This document shows, one piece after another, positions 20,258 through 28,685 of a stretch of 64,000 nt of DNA. Both the position numbers and the translations under genes were made by a program. This stretch comes from Thermodesulfobacteriota bacterium (GTDB lineage: Bacteria > Desulfobacterota > Binatia > Binatales > Binataceae), in assembly GCA_046728175.1 (NCBI GenBank), contig JBKPEA010000026.1, forward strand, positions 2,203 to 66,202, read 5' to 3'. Numbering within the stretch: the stretch's first letter is position 1; each line of letters starts with the position of its first letter. The notes below the pieces were generated by a model. That model saw nothing but the letters and a program-made list of their open reading frames with translations. It was not told the DNA's origin and made no database searches.

Positions 20258-20724
20258 CTAGTCGCGAACTTAGAATTGATGAATAAGGCGGTAACAGCGT
20301 ACAATGCTGTGAGTTCGGCATTTCAGGGTGATGATACTCAGCTCGAGCAGTTGAGTCATACTCAATTGTAATCTTCGAGGATCGACTGCCGTTCCAGAGT
20401 CTCAAGTAGGTAAACGGGTGAGCGGAGACGAAGGGATGCCGCCGAACGGCGCCTACTCCACAAGCGGGCGCTCCCCCTGATTGCGACGCTTGAGGGTTAG
20501 GCGCAATGCCATGGCTGCGTGGCTATAAATAGTAATTTAGACAGTTGAGTGAGATGTTTCCGCAGGCATTTTGAATAATCAATTGTAGCTGAGGAGAGCG
20601 CTTCTCCGGAGCGCTAAAGTTCGTCGTCGTCTTGGAGCCGCGAGACCGACCGAGGAAGAGCGACAACGACTGCTGGAGGAGGAAACACGGGCGGCGCGGC
20701 GATACCAATGAGAATCGCGCCGGA

Positions 20725-21624
20725 CTAAGCCGGGTTGAAGCGTGAGTACTGGCGGAACTTCGCAATCAATGGGAAGCCGTTCTCGTTCGCGACGATCTCG
20801 GCGACTTCAAAGTCGACAATTCGCTCCGCACCCGCAAAGTCACGCGCTCGCTCTGGATTCCAGTCGATCGATGCGCGGCCGGTGAGCTGAAGGGTCCGTC
20901 CGCTGTCGAAGTCGATGAACAGCAGTCCCGCGTTTGGGTTAATCGCCAGATTGCCAAGGGTGTTGAACATGTGGTTGCCGTTGTAATCTGGAAACGCGAT
21001 GCGTCTATCGTCGAAGACCTTGACGAATCCTGGGTTTCCTCCCTTGTGGGATGCATCGGCGCCCGCATCAGGGTGTTCGGTCGCAATGAAAAAGGTGTCA
21101 GCGCGTAGAATCTGATCGCGGTCGGGTGGGGAGAGTTCGGTCGAGCGCGTGACATGTGCTCGCAGAGCGGCGGAAGGAGTGCGCGTCCCGACCAGAACTC
21201 TCTCCTGTATATATCGGCGGCAATTTGCATAGACTTGTTCGGCGTGAACATGAATCTCGCCGCCTTTGATCTGGCCGCGGCCGTTCAGTCGGACTCGCCG
21301 CGGCGCGACGAAGTCTGGGATGAAGAGGGCAACATGACCTTCTACCTTGAGGTTTTCCAGCAGCGGGTCGCTCTCCGCGGGTAGTCTGCCGATACGCACG
21401 CTGCGGTCATCGAGCAGGGACAGAAACCCCGGTTCGCCAGTGACCACTGACGCCCAGACGCGACCATTGGCATCCGTGCTAGCAATCACGACCATCCTGC
21501 GTGGCGCAAAAAAATCACGCGCGGCTTCGGGAACGCGATCGACAATGCCCTCGCCCACCTCGGCGGCGTCTTCGGTTACCCCAGCGCGGGTCTGAACGGC
21601 GATTTCTCCGGAGTGAAATTTCAT
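20725..21624 (-). CDS. Pyridoxamine 5'-phosphate oxidase-family FMN-binding (split-barrel) protein, two-domain
   Basis: Tandem PNPOx-like segments. Start at MKFHSGE with a GAGGAT ribosome-binding site. Confidence 0.55.
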   Translation of the reverse strand: MKFHSGEIAVQTRAGVTEDAAEVGEGIVDRVPEAARDFFAPRRMVVIASTDANGRVWASVVTGEPGFLSLLDDRSVRIGRLPAESDPLLENLKVEGHVALFIPDFVAPRRVRLNGRGQIKGGEIHVHAEQVYANCRRYIQERVLVGTRTPSAALRAHVTRSTELSPPDRDQILRADTFFIATEHPDAGADASHKGGNPGFVKVFDDRRIAFPDYNGNHMFNTLGNLAINPNAGLLFIDFDSGRTLQLTGRASIDWNPERARDFAGAERIVDFEVAEIVANENGFPLIAKFRQYSRFNPA

Positions 21625-21808
21625 ATCATCCTCATCGGCCCGAGACCGCAAGAAACTCCGCGTTTAGGCCCTTCCTCAGGTATTCTCCTGCGGCGATCAG
21701 GTGAGCCCAACTTCCTGAGCTCCTCTGGGTAAACGCCTATCGTTTGGCATCGACCGCAACTGATCAAGTTTATCCTCTACGCCGGTCATTTTGCCGGCAG
21801 AAATTCGG

Positions 21809-22207
21809 TCAGCTTCTCACCGTGCGGTGATAAAGAACAGTTTTGCAGGCGCGGTCGTGCTGCCGTTCCTTGACACCATGTGATGCTGATGGGGCAGCTC
21901 GGACCACATCTGTCCCGCGGAAAAAGGTTTGTGGCGGTTGATCATCGAGCTGCGAGACTACGGTGCCCTCAAGAACGTACGCATAAGTATAGCCGGGGTG
22001 TTCATGGGGTGGGGTCGTGCCGCCGGGCGGGTAGTCCACGGTGATCACGACCACGTCGGGCCCAGGCTGGTCCGCCAGCGGTTGACGCATAAGTTCCTGG
22101 ACCACACCCGCCGACGCCCCAGGAGGAGCTTGCGCGACTGCGGTGCTCAGGCCGAGCGCTACCAGTGCCACCGTGGCGAGGGTGCTTGTCGTGATCTGCC
22201 GGCTCAT
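21809..22207 (-). CDS. Cupin domain protein, secreted
   Basis: Signal peptide 'TLATVALVALGLSTAVAQA' and a cupin core 'PPGGTTPPHEHPGYTYAYVLEGT'. Confidence 0.5.
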   Translation of the reverse strand: MSRQITTSTLATVALVALGLSTAVAQAPPGASAGVVQELMRQPLADQPGPDVVVITVDYPPGGTTPPHEHPGYTYAYVLEGTVVSQLDDQPPQTFFRGTDVVRAAPSASHGVKERQHDRACKTVLYHRTVRS

Positions 22208-22345
22208 GTTGTACCTCGTTTTCTTCCGCCAGTGGTTGGTGGCCACGCATCGCGCGCCAGGGAATGGGCAAGGCTTCGCGCGCCGACCGCGTCAAAAAAA
22301 GGTGGCGCAATTGCGCCGCCCGCTCATGTGAAATGGTTTGCTACC

Positions 22346-22645
22346 TTACTTGCGATCGAGTTCGTTCAGGACCAGGACTTCCGGACGGCCATCGAGATGC
22401 GGTCCGATTCTGCCGCCCATTTCCTTCATGTGGGCAGTCTTGCCATGCGCATCAAAAGAAGCCTGATCGGCATAGGTCTCGTAGAAATAGAAGACCGTCG
22501 GGTCTTGCACTGACCTGTGCAGAATGTAGGAGAGCGTTCCCGGCTCGTTGGCCCTGACCTTGGTGATCATCTCGCGGAACGCGGCCTCGACCTGCGCTTC
22601 GCTGCCGGCCTTGGCTTTGATTTTTGCCGCAACTGCAATTGCCAT
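22346..22645 (-). CDS. Antibiotic biosynthesis monooxygenase (ABM) family protein
   Basis: 99 aa with a ferredoxin-like ABM fold pattern ('AKIKAKAGSEAQVEAAFREM…FYFYETYADQASFDAH'). Confidence 0.65.
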   Translation of the reverse strand: MAIAVAAKIKAKAGSEAQVEAAFREMITKVRANEPGTLSYILHRSVQDPTVFYFYETYADQASFDAHGKTAHMKEMGGRIGPHLDGRPEVLVLNELDRK

Positions 22646-22941
22646 TTTTTTCTCCTTGTTCGATGAATGAGCTCGCCCGCGCCAACGGCGTCGTGCTGCT
22701 CCTCTGGGGTCTTAGCCAGCGCCGCGGAGATTTTCAATGGGTAACGAGCGGTTGCGCCGCCTCCCCTTCGGAGAATTCCGAAGACTCGGATCCAGAGCTG
22801 GGAGCTATGTACTTGGGGAAAGCCGGCTCCATCTCGAGGGCATCTGCCCGAGTCCTGAAGCTCTTTCCTTGAGCGCTGCAGTTGGTTAACACCAATTGCG
22901 AGCGACGGCCGTGCTGCGGCCCTTGCCAAGAGGAAAATGCG

Positions 22942-24084
22942 ATGTTCGGGTTTGAGCTGACGGAAGAACAGCGGGAGCTGAAGAGCTTGGCCCACAAGTT
23001 CGCGGAGCAGGAGATAATTCCGCGCGCACGCGAATATGATGAAAAGGAGATCTTTCCGCGCGACGTTTGCGAGAAAGCTTTTGCCGCCGGTCTGATGAAT
23101 TTTGGGGTTCCCAAGGAACTCGGCGGACTCGGCCTTGGCATTCTGGATACCAGCTTGATTGTCGAGGAGCTGAACTACGGCTGCGCCGGGATCACTAACG
23201 CGATTGCGGCCAACGACCTTGCGACTTTGCCGCTTCTGGTGGCCGGGAGTCCCGCGCAGCAGCAGACCTACCTGGGCGGGCTCATCGAAAAGCTCTCTTT
23301 CTGTGCGTTCGCGATTACCGAGCCCGGCGCCGGTTCGGATGTCGCCTCCATGAGCACCACCTATCGCCGCGATGGTGACGCGTTCGTGCTGAATGGCACC
23401 AAGCATTTCATCTCGAATGGTTCGATGTCCGATTGGATTGTCACCTTCGCGACCGCCGACCGGCGCCTCAAGCACAAGGGAATTTCCTGCTTGGTATTTC
23501 CCGCCGCGACGCCTGGAGTTACGCGGCGGCGGATGCACGGCAAACTTGGCCAACGGGCGGCGGACACCGCGGAAATCTTCTACGAAGATGCACGCGTACC
23601 CGCGGCCGCGCTGGTTGGCCGCGAGGGTGAGGGCTTCAAGTACGCGATGGCAACGTTCGATCGCAGCCGCCCCGAAATCGGCGCGATTGCGATAGGAATC
23701 AGCCAGCGCGCTCTCGACGAGTGTCTCAAATACTCCAAGCAGCGCAGCGCGTTTGGCCAGCGGATCGCCAATTTCCAGGCGATCCAATTCATGATGGCGG
23801 ACATGGCAATCGAGATCGAAGCGATGCGCCTGCTGACCTACAAGGCGGCGTGGCTGGTGGACCAGGGCCAGAGTCCGAACGTTACTTCCAGTTACGCGAA
23901 GGCATTCAGCGCCGACGCATGCATGAAGATCGCGACGGACGCGGTGCAGATTTTCGGGGGTTACGGCTACATGAAGGAGTATCCGGTCGAAAAGCTGATG
24001 CGCGACGCGAAGCTGCTGCAGATTTATGAGGGCACCTCTCAGATTCAGCGCGTGGTCATCGCGCGAAACCTGCTGAGAGATTGA
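22942..24084 (+). CDS. Acyl-CoA dehydrogenase
   Basis: Start at MFGFELTEEQ (ATG 22942). Has an ACAD catalytic domain ('YEGTSQIQRVVIAR'). Confidence 0.85.
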   Translation: MFGFELTEEQRELKSLAHKFAEQEIIPRAREYDEKEIFPRDVCEKAFAAGLMNFGVPKELGGLGLGILDTSLIVEELNYGCAGITNAIAANDLATLPLLVAGSPAQQQTYLGGLIEKLSFCAFAITEPGAGSDVASMSTTYRRDGDAFVLNGTKHFISNGSMSDWIVTFATADRRLKHKGISCLVFPAATPGVTRRRMHGKLGQRAADTAEIFYEDARVPAAALVGREGEGFKYAMATFDRSRPEIGAIAIGISQRALDECLKYSKQRSAFGQRIANFQAIQFMMADMAIEIEAMRLLTYKAAWLVDQGQSPNVTSSYAKAFSADACMKIATDAVQIFGGYGYMKEYPVEKLMRDAKLLQIYEGTSQIQRVVIARNLLRD

Positions 24085-24085
24085 G

Positions 24086-24391
24086 TTACTCGTCTAAAGG
24101 TGGCCGGTCCGGTTTGTGCGGGACCGGCGGATCCTGCTCCTGGGGCTCGCTGCCATCGATCACGCCGAGGTACTCGCCCTTGTGGTAAATGTCGATCGTT
24201 CCGGTAGTCGGATCGGGAAATATATTCCAGTCCTGATCGGGGTTCGTGGCGGCGGGTAGCGGTGCGGGCGCCGCAACCACGGGCAGCGGGGCTGGGGGTG
24301 GTTCGGGCGGGGGCGAGGTTGAGCAGCTGGAGATGCCAACCGCAAATCCGCCCAGTACGACCAGTCGCAGAATCAGGGTCGTCTTGCGCAT
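24086..24391 (-). CDS. Proline-rich lipoprotein
   Basis: 'MRKTTLILRLVVLGGFAVGISSCS' is a lipobox. Followed by a PPPEPPPAPLP region. Confidence 0.5.
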   Translation of the reverse strand: MRKTTLILRLVVLGGFAVGISSCSTSPPPEPPPAPLPVVAAPAPLPAATNPDQDWNIFPDPTTGTIDIYHKGEYLGVIDGSEPQEQDPPVPHKPDRPPLDE

Positions 24392-24458
24392 TTGATTTAC
24401 CGGACTTTGCAGCTTTAGCCGATCTTCGCGCCCCCGCACGGTCGGCGCAAGTGGACCA

Positions 24459-25235
24459 TCAGGCATCGCCCCGGAACATTCCGCCCGCAATCCGGCGCAC
24501 CAGGGCGCGCGGCGCAAAGCGAGTTGATTGCGCCATCAGCGAATTAACAAGGCCGTTGATCCTGAGGGCTTTTCCGCGCCGGGCTGCATCAATTCCCTGC
24601 CGAACTACGGTTGCCGCATCCATGTACGCGAAGGACGGAACGCCGGAGTCTTCGACCCCTGCGACCTGCTGGAACTCGGTACGCGTGGGCCCGGGGCAAA
24701 GGGCGAGAACCGTGACCCCGGTGCCCTCTAACTCGGACGACAGCGCCTCGGAGAAATGCAAGACAAAAGCCTTGGTGGCGGCATAGGTCGCCATCCAGGG
24801 GACCGGCTGGAACGCGGCCGTAGAGGCTACGTTGATGATATGTCCACGTTTGGCAGCAACCATCCCGGGCAGAAACAGTCGGGTGAGCGCAACGAGCGCG
24901 CTGACATTCAAATTTATCTGTTCTATCTCGCGATCGAGGGGGACTTGAGCGAAATTGCCGTGGGTGCCGAAGCCGGCATTGTTTACCAGATAGTCCACCG
25001 CGATGCCTGCGGCGATGACTTGCCGGTGAATTTCGTGAGCAGCGTCGGTACGACCGAGGTCTGAACTGATGAGTGTCACTCTCGGTGCGCCAGCCTTCTT
25101 CGCCCGTTCCGCGACCTCACGCAGGCGATCCTCGCGGCGTGCGACTAACACCAGCTCGCGCTTCGCGAGCGCCAGTTGCAGAGCGAACTCCTCGCCCAGC
25201 CCGCTCGATGCTCCGGTGATGAGGGCGGCCGCCAT
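24459..25235 (-). CDS. SDR family oxidoreductase
   Basis: 'ITGASSGLG' Rossmann motif and a YxxxK region. Confidence 0.85.
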   Translation of the reverse strand: MAAALITGASSGLGEEFALQLALAKRELVLVARREDRLREVAERAKKAGAPRVTLISSDLGRTDAAHEIHRQVIAAGIAVDYLVNNAGFGTHGNFAQVPLDREIEQINLNVSALVALTRLFLPGMVAAKRGHIINVASTAAFQPVPWMATYAATKAFVLHFSEALSSELEGTGVTVLALCPGPTRTEFQQVAGVEDSGVPSFAYMDAATVVRQGIDAARRGKALRINGLVNSLMAQSTRFAPRALVRRIAGGMFRGDA

Positions 25236-26176
25236 CAGGTTCTGATCATGCCCAACTCAGTGCGCATATGATCGATCGTCTTGCGAAGTCCGCTGTTAAG
25301 CGGAACGCGAGGTTCCCATTTAAGCAGCTTTCTCGCAAGCGCGATGTCGGGCTTCCGTCGCACCGGATCATCCGGCCGCGCGGGAGCGATCTTGAGCTTG
25401 GAAGAACTGCCCGCCAGTTCGATGGCGAGCGAGGCCAGCTCGAGGATAGTCACTTCGTAGGGGTTGCCGATGTTGACCGGTCCAATCTGCTCCTCCTGTG
25501 CCATCATCCGTACCAATGCTTCGACCGTGTCATCAACGTAGGCGAAGGACCGCGTCTGCTTGCCGTCGCCGTAAACCTCGAGATCCTGGCCGCGAATCGC
25601 GGCCGCGCAGAAGCTGGAGACCACGCGGCCATCGTCAATCGCCATGCGCGGCCCATAGGTGTTGAAAATTCGAACGATGCGTATGTCGATCTTGTTCTGC
25701 CGATGATAGTCCATCATCAGAGCTTCAGCGACACGCTTGCCTTCGTCGTAGCAGGCGCGTACGCCGATCGGGTTTACATGGCCCCAGTATGCCTCGGTTT
25801 GCGGGTGCTGTTCCGGATCGCCGTACACTTCGCTGGTGGAAGCGAGCAAGATTCGCGCGTGCACGCGCTTTGCTATGCCGAGCATGTTGATGGTGCCCAT
25901 GACGCTGGTCTTTATCGTCTTGACCGGGTTGTACTGGTAGTGAACGGGCGAGGCGGGACACGCAAGATGAAAAATGCGATCGACTTCGAGCAGGATGGGT
26001 TCGACGATGTCGTGACGCACCAGCTCGAAGTTAGGGTGATCGCGCAGGTGCATGACGTTGGCGCGCTTGCCACTGAAATAGTTGTCGAGACTGACCACTT
26101 CGTGCCCGTCGCGCAGCAGCCGGTCGCACAAATGGGAGCCGAGGAATCCCGCGCCGCCGGTAACCAATACTCGCAC
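25235..26176 (-). CDS. UDP-glucuronate decarboxylase (UXS/ArnA-C-terminal-like NAD-dependent epimerase/dehydratase)
   Basis: '[18 protein letters not shown]…DNYFSG' and 'YDEGKR' match the UXS family. Confidence 0.85.
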   Translation of the reverse strand: MRVLVTGGAGFLGSHLCDRLLRDGHEVVSLDNYFSGKRANVMHLRDHPNFELVRHDIVEPILLEVDRIFHLACPASPVHYQYNPVKTIKTSVMGTINMLGIAKRVHARILLASTSEVYGDPEQHPQTEAYWGHVNPIGVRACYDEGKRVAEALMMDYHRQNKIDIRIVRIFNTYGPRMAIDDGRVVSSFCAAAIRGQDLEVYGDGKQTRSFAYVDDTVEALVRMMAQEEQIGPVNIGNPYEVTILELASLAIELAGSSSKLKIAPARPDDPVRRKPDIALARKLLKWEPRVPLNSGLRKTIDHMRTELGMIRT

Positions 26177-26187
26177 GCTCTTCTCCT

Positions 26188-27369
26188 TCAGCGCCGGTTT
26201 TCGCCGGCGATCGAAAGTACGGTCTCGATCACGTACGTCACGTCTTCGTCACTCATCGAGGCGTAGATCGGCAGAGAGAGACACCGGTTGTAAATATCTT
26301 CGGCGACTGGGAAATCGCCGTCACGATAGCCGTAAACTCGCTGATAGTAGTGCATGGTGTGCAGGGGGATGCAGTGTACTGAGGTTCCCACCCCGCGCTC
26401 CCGCAGCATCTCCACGAACTGGCCTCTCCCGATGCGCAGCAAGTCCGGCTTCAGGCGGAGCACATAGAGGTGCCACGGGTGCTGGATACCGGATTCGGCG
26501 TAGGGAACCTGAAAGACCTCGCAGCCACGAAACGCATTGCTGTAGCGTTTGGCGATCTCGCCGCGCCGGCACATCAGTTCGTCTGCGCGCCGCAGCTGCG
26601 CAAGCCCGATCGCCGCGTGAACATCCGAGAGATTGTACTTGAAGCCGAGATCGTGAATTTCGTAGAACCACGAGCCGGTGGTGTCGTAGCGCTTCCACGC
26701 GTCCTTGTTCATGCCGTGGAGGCTCGCGACCGCGATCTTTTCGGCCAAGGTGTCGTCGGCGGTGGTAATCATTCCACCTTCCGCCGAAGTGAAATTCTTG
26801 GTCGCGTAAAAGCTGAAGCAGGTGAGGTCGCCAACCGTTCCGATCCGGGTCATCCCGCGACCATCGAGGTAGCGTGCCGCACCAGCCGCATGAGCTGCAT
26901 CTTCAACTACCTTGAGCTCGTATTGCCGCGCGATGGCAAGCAGGCGATCCATGTCGCAGGGATGGCCGGCGAAGTGAACCGGGAGGAGGGCGCGCACGCG
27001 CCGATGACGTCCTCCCTCGAGGGCTTCCTCCACACGCGCGGGACTGAGGTTGAAGGTTCCGGGGTCAACGTCCACAAACACCGGCTTGATACCGAGGTAG
27101 CCCATGACCTCCGCGGTCGCGGTGAAGGTGAACGGGGTGGTTATGACCTCATCGCCCGGGCCGAAGCCGAGCGCCCACAGAGACAGGTGGAGTGCCCCGG
27201 TACAGTGCGCCACGGCGAGCGCGTTGCGAGCGCCGACGTACCTGGCAAATTCCTTTTCGAACTGCTTTGCCTTGGGCCCGGTGGTTATCCATCCGGAACG
27301 CAAGGTCTCGATGACTTCGCCTTCTTCTTCGGGGCCTATTGAGGGACGATGGAATGGTATCTGGCGCAT
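26188..27369 (-). CDS. DegT/DnrJ/EryC1/StrS (ArnB-like) PLP-dependent aminotransferase
   Basis: '[30 protein letters not shown]' is the typical DegT N-terminus. Confidence 0.85.
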   Translation of the reverse strand: MRQIPFHRPSIGPEEEGEVIETLRSGWITTGPKAKQFEKEFARYVGARNALAVAHCTGALHLSLWALGFGPGDEVITTPFTFTATAEVMGYLGIKPVFVDVDPGTFNLSPARVEEALEGGRHRRVRALLPVHFAGHPCDMDRLLAIARQYELKVVEDAAHAAGAARYLDGRGMTRIGTVGDLTCFSFYATKNFTSAEGGMITTADDTLAEKIAVASLHGMNKDAWKRYDTTGSWFYEIHDLGFKYNLSDVHAAIGLAQLRRADELMCRRGEIAKRYSNAFRGCEVFQVPYAESGIQHPWHLYVLRLKPDLLRIGRGQFVEMLRERGVGTSVHCIPLHTMHYYQRVYGYRDGDFPVAEDIYNRCLSLPIYASMSDEDVTYVIETVLSIAGENRR

Positions 27370-27543
27370 GCAGTCTTTCTAGAGGCGAGCGTCAGCGAGC
27401 GCTCATCAGTATGAAGTTGCCCGCGTTTAAGCCGCCCGCGAGACCCGCTCCAGCGCGGTAAAGAGCGACTTTGCGCGAGTATAAGGATAGGTCAAAACGC
27501 GGGCAAGGTGGGCCTGCCGCAAGCTCGTCGGGTTGGCCTCAAA

Positions 27544-28593
27544 CTAGCCGGCGGTCCCGTCCGGAGGTGGCCCCCGCATTATGTAAGTGGGAACGCCGGT
27601 TTTTTCCTCGACCGCTTTCTGAAGTTTCGGAATATCAACCTGGTCTTCGAGACCGTACTGCTTTACCTCCTCGAGCGCATGAGCCCACGCGCCGGGGAAG
27701 CGTCCATAGAGGTCGTCATGCACCTCGACATACAGGGCATCCCCACGCCAGCCAAATTTTATCGGCTGGTATATGAATTCGCCCGGCGTGCCGACTTTCA
27801 CCTTGTGAAACAGCCGATCGATATCTTCGGGATACAGGCGCACGCATCCATGGCTTACTTCCATGCCGACACCCCACGGAACGTTGGTGCCGTGCAGGGC
27901 GTATTCCGGGAGCGTCAATTCGAGTCGATAGAAGCCGAGCGGATTGTCCGGATCGCCACCCGGAATCATGTGGTCGGCTTCGCCATCGCGCTCCAGGTGT
28001 TCCTGGTATATGTCGAGTGGAACCACCCAGGTGGGATTCTTGGTCTTCCCTTTCACGGTGAACGCGCCGACCGGTGTCTTCCAGTCGTAGCGACCAAGAC
28101 CGACCGGGAACGTGTACACCACGTCCGGACGCACGCTCGATTTGACGGACATCGACGCTTTGGTCACCTTTCCTCTGCCGAGGACGGGTCCGGTGGGAGA
28201 CGGATAATAGTAATAGATGCGCATCTCCGGGATGTTGAGGATGATCCCCACATGCGGAGTGTCGGGCAAAATGAACTCGTCCGGGAGGGTGATGTCTCTT
28301 TCGGCCGGCGGCGACCACCAATCGATGTGTCCGTTAGCATTGGAGATCTCCGGCGCGGTCACGCCGAACCATCTTCCCACATCCAGAAGTGTGTCGCCCT
28401 TTTGCAGCCGATAGGTGACCAGGTTGCCAATGATGTTGTCGCGGCCCTGTGGAAGTGGGTACGCATACAAAGGCCGCTTCCCGAACTGATCGTCAGTCCA
28501 TCCCAGCGCGCTGCGAGGCGGCGACCACAGCGCAGCGGCTAGCAGAAGCGCTGCTATTGACCATCTGAAAATACGGTGGAGTGAGTACTTCAA
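27544..28593 (-). CDS. L,D-transpeptidase (YkuD family), secreted
   Basis: Signal peptide and the catalytic 'SHGCVRL' motif. Confidence 0.8.
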   Translation of the reverse strand: MKYSLHRIFRWSIAALLLAAALWSPPRSALGWTDDQFGKRPLYAYPLPQGRDNIIGNLVTYRLQKGDTLLDVGRWFGVTAPEISNANGHIDWWSPPAERDITLPDEFILPDTPHVGIILNIPEMRIYYYYPSPTGPVLGRGKVTKASMSVKSSVRPDVVYTFPVGLGRYDWKTPVGAFTVKGKTKNPTWVVPLDIYQEHLERDGEADHMIPGGDPDNPLGFYRLELTLPEYALHGTNVPWGVGMEVSHGCVRLYPEDIDRLFHKVKVGTPGEFIYQPIKFGWRGDALYVEVHDDLYGRFPGAWAHALEEVKQYGLEDQVDIPKLQKAVEEKTGVPTYIMRGPPPDGTAG

Positions 28594-28685
28594 GCCGAAT
28601 TAGGTTATTTCCCTTCGGAAATCCGCTTGCGCATCCCAGCAACCTGAGCCAAAAATTCTGGAGACGAATTGTAGGCCATGCTCGC

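Noticed and set aside
22567-23787. 406-aa ORF on the minus strand
   Set aside because: It is exactly antisense to a clear acyl-CoA dehydrogenase. Its composition is R/G/A-rich and low-complexity, typical of spurious antisense ORFs in high-GC DNA.
25268-27342. 332-aa and 290-aa plus-strand ORFs
   Set aside because: Antisense to the UXS and DegT genes.
27508-28542. 344-aa plus-strand ORF
   Set aside because: Antisense to the L,D-transpeptidase gene, which has a clear catalytic motif. No recognisable domain.
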